From a virus (lineage: Duplodnaviria > Caudoviricetes), in the IMG/VR virus record IMGVR_UViG_3300032171_000006, positions 1-43,861 of that record: a DNA stretch of 43,861 nt; one strand, written 5' to 3'. Shown in pieces: positions 17,706 through 28,018 of this stretch. Each line of letters starts with the position of its first letter. Position 1 is the first letter of the stretch. Both the position numbers and the translations under genes were made by a program. The notes below the pieces were generated by a model. It ran no database searches. It was not told the DNA's origin and saw nothing but the letters and a program-made list of their open reading frames with translations.

Positions 17706-18886
17706 TGCCTATTGAAAGAGTATTAAATTTACCATTTCCTGAAAGCTTAACGGATGTTTCTACTATTCGGGATTATCTCCAGAGATTATATATAGCCTTG
17801 ACTGAAAATTCTTATTTGTTAATTGAGGATATACAAAGAGAAGCCAATCCTGATGCTTCTTATGTAGTAGTATCAAGTAATGATAATTTAACCAATGAAC
17901 GAGTATTAACTGCTGGCACAGGAATAGGCATAACCGATGGTGGAGCTAATTCTACTATTACGGTTAATCTTAGCCATTTAGGCCTAGAAAATCTTTCTGA
18001 CCCGAATGATGATAGATTGCTTCTTTGGGATGATATTGACGGGGCAATAAAGTGGGTAGATATAGGTTCTGGCCTTAACTATGACCATGCTACCTATACT
18101 CTTTCTACGACTGGCCTAGCTCCAGACACAGCATCTTATGTAACGGTTACGAGTGAAGCTGATTTGAGTAATGAAAGAGTATTGACAGCAGGAACGGGAA
18201 TTAGCATTAGTGATGGTGGAGCAGGCGGGAATATAACTATTTCTACTAATGATTCTCAAATTGACCATGATTCCCTTTTAAATTTTGTGGCTGAGGAGCA
18301 TATTAGATGGGATTTGACTGGTATTGAGACAATACATCTCGACCGTATTCCAGCTACATTAACAGGAAAGGATGCTGATACAGTAGATACCTACCATCTT
18401 GACCAGGATGTAAGGACGACTGCCAGTCCAAGTTTTGCGGGGTTGAATCTTGGTAGTAAATTCCCCCAAACGACAGCGAAAGCTGGAGCATATCTTTCAG
18501 TAAATCAATCGGTTCCTACTAATACATATACAACAATAATTTTTGATACTGAATGGTATGATTATAGTGGTTCATATGATACATCTACAGGCGAATTTAC
18601 CGTCCCAACTTCGGGAACATATGAAATAACAGCAAGAGCAACTGTAAATATGCCAGTTGACACCCCGCTTGAACTTCAGGTGTTAGTTAATGGTGTTTCA
18701 AAATTATATTCTATTGTGTGGCAACCAACAGACTCGAAAAATCTTTTGGTTTTTATAATGGGGCATTTAGATTTGGTTGTGGGTGATGTTGTAAAAATTC
18801 AACTACAGCAAAAAAGTGGAACCACAAAGGATATTATTGGAGCAGAAAACGCAACAAATTTTAATATTCATATTTTATCGGTATAA
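17705..18886 (+). CDS. Tail fibre / receptor-binding protein with C1q-like tip
   Basis: Two NERVLTAGTGI.I.DGGA repeats, DADTVD, and C1q-type FD......YD.STG.FT.P.SG.Y ... L..GD.V motifs. Confidence 0.8.
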   Translation: MPIERVLNLPFPESLTDVSTIRDYLQRLYIALTENSYLLIEDIQREANPDASYVVVSSNDNLTNERVLTAGTGIGITDGGANSTITVNLSHLGLENLSDPNDDRLLLWDDIDGAIKWVDIGSGLNYDHATYTLSTTGLAPDTASYVTVTSEADLSNERVLTAGTGISISDGGAGGNITISTNDSQIDHDSLLNFVAEEHIRWDLTGIETIHLDRIPATLTGKDADTVDTYHLDQDVRTTASPSFAGLNLGSKFPQTTAKAGAYLSVNQSVPTNTYTTIIFDTEWYDYSGSYDTSTGEFTVPTSGTYEITARATVNMPVDTPLELQVLVNGVSKLYSIVWQPTDSKNLLVFIMGHLDLVVGDVVKIQLQQKSGTTKDIIGAENATNFNIHILSV

Positions 18887-18916
18887 TGACCCAAAAAGCA
18901 AAACTCATGGAGAGCC

Positions 18917-19351
18917 ATGGATAAAAAATATATCGCCCCATATATCCTCAGGAAAGAATATGAATGTCCATGCTGCCAGCGGATACCTTATGATTTAGAG
19001 AAACATGGTATTATAATGCCTTATAATATTCTTTTTGAATCCTTTGAGTTGATACGAGAGAAATGGGGAAAACCAATCAGGATTTCCAGTGGTTACAGAT
19101 GCCCGAAATTTAATCGAGCAATTGGCGGGGCAGAATTAAGCATCCATCTTTTTGGATTAGCATTGGATTTAGACCTTGATTCAGTTCAGGAAGTTAGGAT
19201 GTTAGACCAGTTAATTGAGAGATGGTTACCTGAATTAAGACGGGGAACTTATGAGGAAACTGGCACTTTTATTCATATAGATGTCGGTTATTTTATTACC
19301 CCAAAAGTATTGGAGGAATGGCGTGAAACAGCTAGATGGACAGATTATTAA
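18917..19351 (+). CDS. Peptidase M15 endolysin
   Basis: E..CPCC, PIRISSGYRC..FN.AIGGA..S.H..G.A.D and FIHID motifs. Confidence 0.92.
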   Translation: MDKKYIAPYILRKEYECPCCQRIPYDLEKHGIIMPYNILFESFELIREKWGKPIRISSGYRCPKFNRAIGGAELSIHLFGLALDLDLDSVQEVRMLDQLIERWLPELRRGTYEETGTFIHIDVGYFITPKVLEEWRETARWTDY

Positions 19352-19838
19352 AAAGCTAATAGCACCATCACCAAGATTAAAACCGTTTATAGTAAAGGAT
19401 TTTCAGAATGACCAGAGGTTAGCAATCATCGCTGAACAACTTTACGAACGGCCATTATGGATGCCTGATGAGGGGCGGAATTATGACGCTATTTGGCAGT
19501 TAATTTATGCTAGCCTGCTTAATCCCTTGAATGTCTTTTACGAGATTGGCAACATGAAGGGAATAGTTGGGTTTATGAATGTATTTAAAGGGCATAAGGG
19601 TGAATTTGTCCTTATGCTTTTTGATAAATATACCCATAGAATCCATAAAGACGTAGAGAAAATTATTAAACTTATTGCTGATGCTTTTGAGTTAAAGCGT
19701 TTATTTACTCAAACGCCCGATGAGAAAATGGCTAAACTTTATGAGATGCTGGGCTTCAAGATTGAGGGGCGTCAGAAATATGGATTCAAATGGGATGGTA
19801 AGTTTTATACAAACATTTTGCTAAGGAGATTATTTTAG
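19281..19838 (+). CDS. GNAT-family acetyltransferase
   Basis: LYE.LGFK.EG.......DG RimJ/L-like motif; position before ejection genes; real start may be GTG 19323. Confidence 0.75.
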   Translation: MSVILLPQKYWRNGVKQLDGQIIKKLIAPSPRLKPFIVKDFQNDQRLAIIAEQLYERPLWMPDEGRNYDAIWQLIYASLLNPLNVFYEIGNMKGIVGFMNVFKGHKGEFVLMLFDKYTHRIHKDVEKIIKLIADAFELKRLFTQTPDEKMAKLYEMLGFKIEGRQKYGFKWDGKFYTNILLRRLF

Positions 19839-19847
19839 GAGGCAAAA

Positions 19848-20309
19848 ATGCACCCTATTGTTCTTGGTTCTTTAATATCAGCGGGGGCTGGTTTATTGGG
19901 GAAATTATTTGGTGGCGGGGGAGACGATATTTTTAAAGGTCAACCCATTCAATATCAACCCATGCTTTCCCCGCAGGAACAAGCCTTAAGGAATGCTATT
20001 GCTCAGCGAATGATGTCTTATTTAAGTATGTCAGCACCGCCCGTTTCCCCTGGTGCTTATGATGCTATGAATATCCTTTATAACACTTTTCTTGGACGCC
20101 CTTACCCTTCAATGCCACAGACACCTACTGGTGGATTTTTTGGTGGAATGATGCCTAGGCAACCCATGAATTGGACAGGATTAGGTTGGAGTCCGCAGGT
20201 TTTTCAAAACCTTATGAATCAGACTAGAATTAATCCTATGATGTTACGTGGCGGTGGAGGTGCGTTACCTAGGGGCGATTTTCCAATGAAAAGAGGATTA
20301 GCTTTTTAA
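19848..20309 (+). CDS. Putative ejection/pilot protein
   Basis: N-terminal LISAGAGLLGKLFGGGG; P/G/M/Q-rich. Confidence 0.65.
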   Translation: MHPIVLGSLISAGAGLLGKLFGGGGDDIFKGQPIQYQPMLSPQEQALRNAIAQRMMSYLSMSAPPVSPGAYDAMNILYNTFLGRPYPSMPQTPTGGFFGGMMPRQPMNWTGLGWSPQVFQNLMNQTRINPMMLRGGGGALPRGDFPMKRGLAF

Positions 20310-20321
20310 AAGGAGGAAAAA

Positions 20322-20693
20322 ATGAGTTTATGGTGGAATCCAAATAACCCACCCCCCCCATCAGGATGGACTTCACCAGAAGAAGCTTGGCGGAATTGGT
20401 ATTTTAATCGCATAAGAAATAATTTTCCCATAACATTACCGCCCTATTTCTTTACTCCTTCTCCCTCTCCATTTTTACCCCCTTCTCCTTCTCCGTTCGA
20501 ACAACCAATTCCCCCAGGTATTCCTAGACGACCATTACCTTCTCCATTCAGCGGTGGAGTCACGCCTGGCAGAATAAGTCCGTTACCGTCTAATTTATTT
20601 GGTTCGTTTAGAAGGTCTTTTAAAAGAGTAAGAGCTAAAAAGAAAAGAGAAGGTGGAGGAAGAAGGCGGAATTCGGCAGGGATAAGAATTTAG
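20322..20693 (+). CDS. Pro-rich low-complexity protein with basic tail
   Basis: AGGAGG RBS; PSPSPF repeats. Confidence 0.65.
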   Translation: MSLWWNPNNPPPPSGWTSPEEAWRNWYFNRIRNNFPITLPPYFFTPSPSPFLPPSPSPFEQPIPPGIPRRPLPSPFSGGVTPGRISPLPSNLFGSFRRSFKRVRAKKKREGGGRRRNSAGIRI

Positions 20694-20710
20694 GTAGATA
20701 TTATGTAAAG

Positions 20711-20911
20711 ATGAAAAATTATTTAGAGACTTCTTATTTTATAAATATCTTTCCCCAGAATCCCACTCAGACTAGATATATAAGGTTTATGAAACAACCA
20801 TGGTCGCCATTAACCAGTCAGTTTGATAAAGCAAAAAAAGAGTGGGATAAGTTAATGAAGGATGTCTGGCGGACAAGATATTTAGAGGAGGCTAACAATG
20901 CGTTACTATAA
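20711..20911 (+). CDS. Hypothetical protein
   Basis: ORF in operon. Confidence 0.5.
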   Translation: MKNYLETSYFINIFPQNPTQTRYIRFMKQPWSPLTSQFDKAKKEWDKLMKDVWRTRYLEEANNALL

Positions 20912-21485
20912 TCCATATTCAAGAAGCCAGCGACGGAATCCTTTGCTAGCCACCAGTCCATATAATAAACCGTTAATTGGGCTTCCCCCTATGCATCTTA
21001 GACAACAAAATGAACCTCAGGTTAAGGCATGGCATCCCAGTCAATATAGATTATATAATCCTTATTCTTTTCAACCGAGCCGTAGCCCATTACAAACACC
21101 TATGATTGGCGGGGGATTTACACCACCAGTAACCTTAACTTCCACGGGAATGCCTTATTATAGAGCGCCACAAACATATAGAGGAGCTACGCCAAGAGTG
21201 ACTGTTGGACAGAATATGGCATTTAGGCCATCTCCTTATGCTTCACCCGCTTATTCTCCTCAAGCTCCACAGCAGCCACCTTTATCTGGAACATTAAATC
21301 AACTTATGAGTTTTGCTCAAAATATGGGTATTGCCCCACAAACTCTTCAAACTTATTTAAGAGCAAGAGGGGGTGACCCTTATTCTATTAATCTAGCTGA
21401 TTTTCTCCAGTGGTGGCAGAGATTTCAAGACTTAGGTTCTCCATATGGTTCGCCTACACAAACCCCCTCGATGGGAGGGGTATGA
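20898..21485 (+). CDS. P/Q/Y/S-rich low-complexity protein
   Basis: GAGGAGG RBS; YNPYS repeats; almost no acidic residues. Confidence 0.7.
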   Translation: MRYYNPYSRSQRRNPLLATSPYNKPLIGLPPMHLRQQNEPQVKAWHPSQYRLYNPYSFQPSRSPLQTPMIGGGFTPPVTLTSTGMPYYRAPQTYRGATPRVTVGQNMAFRPSPYASPAYSPQAPQQPPLSGTLNQLMSFAQNMGIAPQTLQTYLRARGGDPYSINLADFLQWWQRFQDLGSPYGSPTQTPSMGGV

Positions 21486-22771
21486 TGATTGACCTCACTA
21501 AAATACCAAAGGGAGCTAAAGCCATTGAGGAGATGGAGGGGTGGCCTACATATATAAACCCATCGCTTTTTCAGGGGGTTTCTTTTTATAGAAATCCCAA
21601 ATGGTTAGTTGGTTTACCTGATTATCCCGAAGGTGCTGGAGTTATCTGGAATCCTTATACTGGATATACATTGCGAGATGAATTATTTAACAAATTAAGA
21701 GAATGGTCACGGAAAGGAATAGAAGTTACTCCAGAATTATTAAAAGAAACTTTTCCAAAGAGGATTGGGGCTAATCCTTATAAATTTTGGTCTCAATACT
21801 CTGGGGGGCGAAACATGAATACAAATTTTCCTATGGGTATTTCTCCATGGCAACCTCAACCTTTTTTGCCTAATCTACAAATGCCAGGTCAATTTAGCCA
21901 ATTTGACCCAGAAAGAGACCTTCCGCCAAATTGGCGAGACCTTATTCAGCAAGACCCTTCCAGAGAACGTTACCTTTCTACCGACCAATTTACTGACCAA
22001 TTTCAGTTTAATTATCCCTGGCAATGGGATATGGCTAGTAGCATATATTCCCAGTTAGCTGGCGGTATAGAACTTCCTACGCCTTGGCAATGGACAATTG
22101 GAAGTAATATCTTAAGTGGTATAGCTAGAACGGGGCTTCCCGTCTCTCAGGAAGGATGGTATCAAAGGGCTAAGCAAGTTTCTGATATTGCTATAGCTGA
22201 CCAGATAGCCAACGCTGCTGAACAAGCTGGCCTTACTGGTCTTCGTTGGTCAACACCTTTGGGTAGAACCGCCCAGGATATAGCAGGTAGAATCGCAGCT
22301 CAGACAGGCCTTGAAAGAGAAGCTAGAGAATTAGCTGCCTTAGAAGCTGCTAGACAGCGTCAATTATCTGCTCTTGGCCAATTATATACTTATGGTCAAG
22401 GTCAGGCTGGATTAACTCAGGCAGCATTACAGGCTCAGTTACAGGCTCTTAGCGGGCTTACTGGACTTGGTGGAATGTATGCCCAGTTACCGCTTCAAGT
22501 ATCTGACCAGATGATGAGACAAGCTCTTATTCAGCAACAGCTTGAGATGAATCAGATGTTCCCGCCCTGGATGCAGGCGATGTTTGGAATGATGGGCAAT
22601 CAACCTGCTTATGCTCCTCAGATGTATCAACCTTCCTTCCTGACGCAACTACTCGGTATTGTTCCGTCTGTTTTACCATGGATATTGGGCGGTAACCAAG
22701 GACAACAGAATTCCTTTATGTATATGTCTTCCCCTACACAGCCTAATCCTTGGGATTATCAATACGGTTAA
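21482..22771 (+). CDS. Putative DNA ejection (pilot) protein
   Basis: Q/G/A-rich helical segment (AAEQAGLTGLRWST...QIA/QLSALG) typical of podovirus internal proteins. Confidence 0.7.
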   Translation: MMIDLTKIPKGAKAIEEMEGWPTYINPSLFQGVSFYRNPKWLVGLPDYPEGAGVIWNPYTGYTLRDELFNKLREWSRKGIEVTPELLKETFPKRIGANPYKFWSQYSGGRNMNTNFPMGISPWQPQPFLPNLQMPGQFSQFDPERDLPPNWRDLIQQDPSRERYLSTDQFTDQFQFNYPWQWDMASSIYSQLAGGIELPTPWQWTIGSNILSGIARTGLPVSQEGWYQRAKQVSDIAIADQIANAAEQAGLTGLRWSTPLGRTAQDIAGRIAAQTGLEREARELAALEAARQRQLSALGQLYTYGQGQAGLTQAALQAQLQALSGLTGLGGMYAQLPLQVSDQMMRQALIQQQLEMNQMFPPWMQAMFGMMGNQPAYAPQMYQPSFLTQLLGIVPSVLPWILGGNQGQQNSFMYMSSPTQPNPWDYQYG

Positions 22772-22782
22772 GGAGTAAGGCA

Positions 22783-23787
22783 ATGGCTATTTACTATAAT
22801 CCGATGCAAGTATTAGGGCAGATGACCCAGCAGAATCCTTTTTATAACCCTTTTTCGCCTTACCCGAATATTGGGGGCATAGGAACAATGCTTCAGCAGC
22901 TCTATGCTCTTAAGCAATTACAGGAGCAGCAACAATTAAAACAGGAACAATGGCAGAAGGAGTACGAATTAGCTCAAAAAAGAGTGGGGTTAACTGAGAA
23001 AGGACTGGAACTTGAGGAGCAACGATTATATAAACCAGCCGATTGGATAATAAAAGCTAAGGCTCTTTCAGAAGCAACAGGGAAACCATTATCAGAGACA
23101 ATCCCAGCAGTTCTTGGTTATACTTCTCCAGAAGAAAGATTAAGAATGACAGAAGAGACCGAGAAAATAAGGGCTAAATATAGACAACCAAGCACTTTTA
23201 GAGAAAAATTAAAAGAGATTAAAGAAGCCTATAAACAAGGTGTTATTAGTAGTAATGAGTTTAAAGAGGGATATAAAACTTTATTAGGCATTCAGAAATC
23301 AGGTGGCGATTTGACTCAGTATCAGGTTATGAATGCCAGGGAAAATATCGCTAGAAATATTAGAACGCTTTATAATAATTACATTAAGCAACGATTTGGA
23401 ACACAACCAAAAGGTAAAATAGAGAGGGTATTAATTAAACCCAAGACAGAAGATGTATTAGCCCTCATTCCCCAAGGAATTGACCTTAGATTTCCCCAGA
23501 AATTCAATATAGCATTAGCAAGATTAAAGAATGGAGTAGCGACAGAAGAAGACAGAAGGATTGTTAAAACTTATCTCGATATGGCAGACGAAGTAAGGAA
23601 TATTATAGAGAATATGAGGGCAGGAAGAATAAATCTTGGGAAAGATGAGATTTTAAAAGAAGTAGCAAGGCAGCGAAGAGAAGAAGGTTGGGATATGAGA
23701 TGGTTTAAATTCTGGCTAGATAATCCTGACCTTTGGTATGGTGAAAAGATTTTGGGTTATGAATATGAAGTAAAGAAAAATGAGTAA
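22783..23787 (+). CDS. Putative ejection protein
   Basis: YNP/Q-rich N-terminus plus coiled coil; position in the module. Confidence 0.65.
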   Translation: MAIYYNPMQVLGQMTQQNPFYNPFSPYPNIGGIGTMLQQLYALKQLQEQQQLKQEQWQKEYELAQKRVGLTEKGLELEEQRLYKPADWIIKAKALSEATGKPLSETIPAVLGYTSPEERLRMTEETEKIRAKYRQPSTFREKLKEIKEAYKQGVISSNEFKEGYKTLLGIQKSGGDLTQYQVMNARENIARNIRTLYNNYIKQRFGTQPKGKIERVLIKPKTEDVLALIPQGIDLRFPQKFNIALARLKNGVATEEDRRIVKTYLDMADEVRNIIENMRAGRINLGKDEILKEVARQRREEGWDMRWFKFWLDNPDLWYGEKILGYEYEVKKNE

Positions 23788-26700
23788 TGGAATGATTGAC
23801 CCCTGGCTTGAGGAATATCGAAGAATACTAGAAGAATCGCAATCTGTTTCTACCCAAACTACAACAGACCCTCTTTTACAACGATATAGAGATATTTTAA
23901 ATCAATCAGAGACTGCGGGCGTTAAAATTGAAAGTATTGCTGGTCTTAAATACGAAAAGCCAGATATTGCGACTATTTTACGAATGAAACAAGTAGAAGA
24001 AGGTGAACCACAATTACCACTTGAGAAACAAGTTGCCAGAAAAGGGTATGCTTTTCTCTATGGATTAGGGGCGGAAGGAACATTGGGGTTTGGCCCAAAA
24101 GTTTTAGGGTTAGAGGAATTACCAGAACCCACCGAAACGGAGCAATTAATTGAGCAAGTCGGAAGATTTATTGGATTTTTGGGCCTACCAATTAAGGGTG
24201 CTGGTTTAATAGTCAAGGGTGGAGAGAAACTTTTAGGTAAATATGTAACCAAAGGATTATTAAAACTTATTCCAGGGGTTAGTAAAAAATTAGGTGGACA
24301 GGCGGTAAAAGCACTAGGAAAATATTTTGCTAGAGAAGCAGCGACATTAGGAATAGCATCAGGATTAGCTGAAATAGGAGAAAGACCAGAGGAAACTCCA
24401 GAGAGAGCTGTTTCTGGGGCTAAGATTGGCACGGTATTCGCTTTAACTGGCCTTCTTACTCCAACTAAATACCCCGCCCTTAATATGATTGTTCGCCAGA
24501 TTGGTTCGAGAGTCCTTGGGAAATTAGCTGGCGAGTATTCATTTGAAGGGATTTCTCCTCAGACATTCTTTAATGAATTGCTTTATACTTATTTTTCTTT
24601 AAGAGGACGACCAGTTCAAGATGTTATAGCTAGAGAGTTAAGATTATATGAAAAAGAATTAAATAATCTAGCTAAAGAAGCCCAGCAAAAAATTGCCCGT
24701 AAAGCCTTAATGCCAGCCCCCACTTTTGAAGCAACTGAAACGGGGCAGATATGGAGAAGGGGGGAAGTAATAAATCCTCAAGAAATAATTAGAAATGTTA
24801 AAGAAAGAATTACCACTGAAGTAGAGCCTATCGAAAGACCTATTGAAAAACCAGTAGAAAGAGTTACTGAAGCAGAACGTAAATTTACTCAACAGGTATA
24901 TGAAAAATTAAGAACTGGAAAGGAATTAACCCCAGAAGAAAAAAGAATTCTGTCCGAAATGGGTATTTATGAGGAAGTTAAGCCGGGGATAGCAGAGGGG
25001 GCAATAGAAACTAGGGTTACTGAAGGATTAAGGGAAATTCCTACGCCAGAGACTCAAGAAGTATATTTTGGAATAGACCCTTTTAAGGGATTAAAAGAAT
25101 TAGATAAGACTCTTTTGGAATCAGCTCAAAAATATGCTAGGGAACAAATAAAGAAAGAAGTTGTAAAGCCAAGAATAAAAGAAGAGGTTAGGCCAGAACC
25201 AGTTGAAGGGGTGGTTGAATTCAGGCCTAATGAACCTTATGTATTACCGACCAATAGACCAGTTGAAATAGTAAAACAATTTAATGAGAATTCTCAGGTA
25301 TTAGCCCGCCATGAAGTTGAACCCTTAAAGAATGTTCGAGATTTACCACCTAAAAAATTAAAATGGTGGATAGAGAACCCTATACGAATATTCGAAGATT
25401 ATCCAATTTTAAAGAAACTTATATATGACCCCATCAAAACAGCCGAAGACCGCCAGGCTAGAGAGTTTGATAACATCAAAAAAACAGTTAAAGAATTCAA
25501 GCGAATGAAAAATGTTTCCTCTAGAAGACTTGGTATTTATGCTATAGCTCAGCAGAAAGGTGGTAAAGCTATCTTAGAATCCATGGGAATTAAGAAGATT
25601 CCTAAATTAACACCACAAGAACAACAAATATATAATCAAGTTAGAGGAATTTTAGAGGAAACATTTAATCAAATAAATAGAGCCAGAGAATTAGCAGGGT
25701 TAGAACCGATTAAAAAAGTTGAAAATTATTTTACTTTTATGCGAAATGCTGCCACCTTAGAACAATTAGGACACAGCCTTATAGCCGAACGAGATATGAA
25801 AGTATTAGAAACCCATCTGAATGCTCCCGCTTTTAAATATGCTATTCCAAGAAAACATATTAAAGCACCAGTTGAGTTAGACTTCTTTAATGTTTTTACT
25901 AATTATATGAATACCGCTTTAAGGTTTATTCATAAAGCCCCTGTAATAGCCAAAGGAAGACTGATGCTAAGTGATGTAACTTTACCTACTGGCGAAAGAA
26001 TTTCATTAAGAGAACAAGCACCTATTCTTGCTAATGAAGTAGAACAGTGGCTTGACTATAATGCTGGCCAGATGGTGAGAGAACAATTACCAGCATGGTT
26101 TAAAGATAAAGCCAGGAAATTAAGTCGAAATATAGGAACTTCAGTATTATCTTTTAATGTCCGCCCTGGACTCATTCAGCCAACAGCACTAAGAAACAGC
26201 TATATTATCTTGGGAGAAAGATTTTTTGCTGATGGTTTAATTAGGAACGTTATTCCCTCGCAACGAAAATTCGCCTTAGAGAATAGTCGAGTATTAAAGA
26301 GTCGTAAGTTTGATGTTCATGCCACAGATATTTTTACGAATAATCCAGGAAAGTTACGGTCAATCTTATTGAGTAAACCTCAAGAAGCAATCAGATTTAT
26401 GGCTCAAAAAGGGCTTCTATTAATGAAGTGGCTGGATATGGAAGCAGCCACCGCAACATGGTTAGGTGCTTATAGGAAAGCTATTACCCCTCGAAATAAA
26501 GGTGGCCTTGGATTAAGTAAATCAGAAGCCAGAATTTATGCGGATGATATTGTTACTAAGACTCAGGCGTCGGCTCAACCTAGTGATATAGCTAAAATCC
26601 AACGAACTACTATGGGTAGGCTGGCGACTATCTTTCAAACATTTGTTATAAATGAATGGAACTTTTTATCTAAAGAAGTATTTAGGGCTAAAATTCCTCC

Positions 26701-27151
26701 TGGGGAGAAGGTTGCCCGTATTGCCCGCCTTGTATTAGCTACTGCCATTATCAATGCTTTATTTGAAAAAGGATTAAATATTCGTTCGCCATTCCCATCA
26801 CCAGAATGGGCTGTTCAACGAGCAATAGAAGAAGGGAAAGAAACCAAACAAGTAATCGGAGAAGGATTAAAAGAAATGATGGAGCAAGTTCCAATTATTG
26901 GTGGTGCTATTAGGTGGTCAACGCCTTACAGGACAGCATGGCCAGCAGCTTTACAGGTAGCTGAAGGAACGATGCAGCTTCTTACTAAAATGCTTACTCA
27001 ACTTGACCCAACAAAGTTAAATAAACAAGACCTTGAAACAATCGGAAGGCTTTTAGGTATTCCTGGAACATCACAAGTTATGAAATATTTGCGTCGTCGC
27101 CAAAAAGGAATGAGTCATGCTGAAGCCATAATAGGGATTAGGCAAGACTAA
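23780..27151 (+). CDS. Large internal virion/ejection protein
   Basis: 1123 aa helical protein; AD..V.KTQ...FQTF and QVP.IGG motifs of large polyvalent-type ejection proteins. Confidence 0.75.
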   Translation: MSNGMIDPWLEEYRRILEESQSVSTQTTTDPLLQRYRDILNQSETAGVKIESIAGLKYEKPDIATILRMKQVEEGEPQLPLEKQVARKGYAFLYGLGAEGTLGFGPKVLGLEELPEPTETEQLIEQVGRFIGFLGLPIKGAGLIVKGGEKLLGKYVTKGLLKLIPGVSKKLGGQAVKALGKYFAREAATLGIASGLAEIGERPEETPERAVSGAKIGTVFALTGLLTPTKYPALNMIVRQIGSRVLGKLAGEYSFEGISPQTFFNELLYTYFSLRGRPVQDVIARELRLYEKELNNLAKEAQQKIARKALMPAPTFEATETGQIWRRGEVINPQEIIRNVKERITTEVEPIERPIEKPVERVTEAERKFTQQVYEKLRTGKELTPEEKRILSEMGIYEEVKPGIAEGAIETRVTEGLREIPTPETQEVYFGIDPFKGLKELDKTLLESAQKYAREQIKKEVVKPRIKEEVRPEPVEGVVEFRPNEPYVLPTNRPVEIVKQFNENSQVLARHEVEPLKNVRDLPPKKLKWWIENPIRIFEDYPILKKLIYDPIKTAEDRQAREFDNIKKTVKEFKRMKNVSSRRLGIYAIAQQKGGKAILESMGIKKIPKLTPQEQQIYNQVRGILEETFNQINRARELAGLEPIKKVENYFTFMRNAATLEQLGHSLIAERDMKVLETHLNAPAFKYAIPRKHIKAPVELDFFNVFTNYMNTALRFIHKAPVIAKGRLMLSDVTLPTGERISLREQAPILANEVEQWLDYNAGQMVREQLPAWFKDKARKLSRNIGTSVLSFNVRPGLIQPTALRNSYIILGERFFADGLIRNVIPSQRKFALENSRVLKSRKFDVHATDIFTNNPGKLRSILLSKPQEAIRFMAQKGLLLMKWLDMEAATATWLGAYRKAITPRNKGGLGLSKSEARIYADDIVTKTQASAQPSDIAKIQRTTMGRLATIFQTFVINEWNFLSKEVFRAKIPPGEKVARIARLVLATAIINALFEKGLNIRSPFPSPEWAVQRAIEEGKETKQVIGEGLKEMMEQVPIIGGAIRWSTPYRTAWPAALQVAEGTMQLLTKMLTQLDPTKLNKQDLETIGRLLGIPGTSQVMKYLRRRQKGMSHAEAIIGIRQD

Positions 27152-27348
27152 TGTTAAAGTTAATAATAACCAGCTCTATTGCCCTTGTTATCTACTGTCT
27201 CATCATGATAGGGGCGTATATCTGGGCTACATATTACCCCGACGCCCCTTTCCTTGCCTTCGCTACTCAACTAACAATTGGTTTTGTGGCTTTTATTACT
27301 AAACGCCTTATTCAGAAACAGGATAAATATAATTCAAAAAATGAGTAA
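27151..27348 (+). CDS. Holin-like two-TM protein
   Basis: Two TM segments and a basic C-terminus. Confidence 0.6.
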   Translation: MLKLIITSSIALVIYCLIMIGAYIWATYYPDAPFLAFATQLTIGFVAFITKRLIQKQDKYNSKNE

Positions 27349-28009
27349 GTATATCAAAATTTTGAGCATCGTTAATAACATATTGCGGTCAGGTTTACTG
27401 TTAATCTTAGTATTGGCTCTTATTTGGGGTGTTATCCAGCTTCAGAAATGTAATGAACCCAAAGTAGAAACCCCGTCTAGTCCAGCTATTAAGAAAGAGG
27501 TTTACCGCCCGCCCGTAGTTAAGACGCCTATTACTCCCGATAAACCGCCCGTAGAAAAAAAGAAACTCCCCATCCCTTCTGAACTAGTAAAGAGAACAAT
27601 TGAACTCAAAACTGAAACACTAGAAGGGCGAACGATTAACATTATTCTGGTAGAGGATAAAAAGTCAAATTTTTATACGGTCGCAGGACAGGAAGTCAAA
27701 GTTACTATAACAGAATGGAAGCCTAAATTAATAGCCCCCGAATTTAAGTTCGGATATTCTTTGGTCGCCAGCAACAAAATATATCATTGCCTTTCTTTAG
27801 ATTATATCCGAGTGTGGCGATTTTATCTTGGGTCAGAGATTGGCGTAGGTGTTAAGAATAGATATTTCGATGATTATTTAATCGGGCTTAGTCTTAAATA
27901 TAAAATCTGGGAACTAAGCGATAATAAAAATTCTTATCTTTTCAGCTTGACAGCTGGCTACAATTTCTTAAATTCTAAACCTTATATAGGTATTAATTTG
28001 AAATTCTAG
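27341..28009 (+). CDS. Membrane-anchored protein with C-terminal amphipathic beta strands (spanin-like candidate)
   Basis: N-terminal TM, P/K linker, C-terminus YIGINLKF; lysis-gene neighbourhood. Confidence 0.5.
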   Translation: MSKYIKILSIVNNILRSGLLLILVLALIWGVIQLQKCNEPKVETPSSPAIKKEVYRPPVVKTPITPDKPPVEKKKLPIPSELVKRTIELKTETLEGRTINIILVEDKKSNFYTVAGQEVKVTITEWKPKLIAPEFKFGYSLVASNKIYHCLSLDYIRVWRFYLGSEIGVGVKNRYFDDYLIGLSLKYKIWELSDNKNSYLFSLTAGYNFLNSKPYIGINLKF

Positions 28010-28018
28010 GAGGATAGA

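Noticed and set aside
17705-18886. Diversity-generating retroelement target
   Set aside because: No reverse transcriptase and no TR/VR pair; the internal repeats are ordinary fibre repeats
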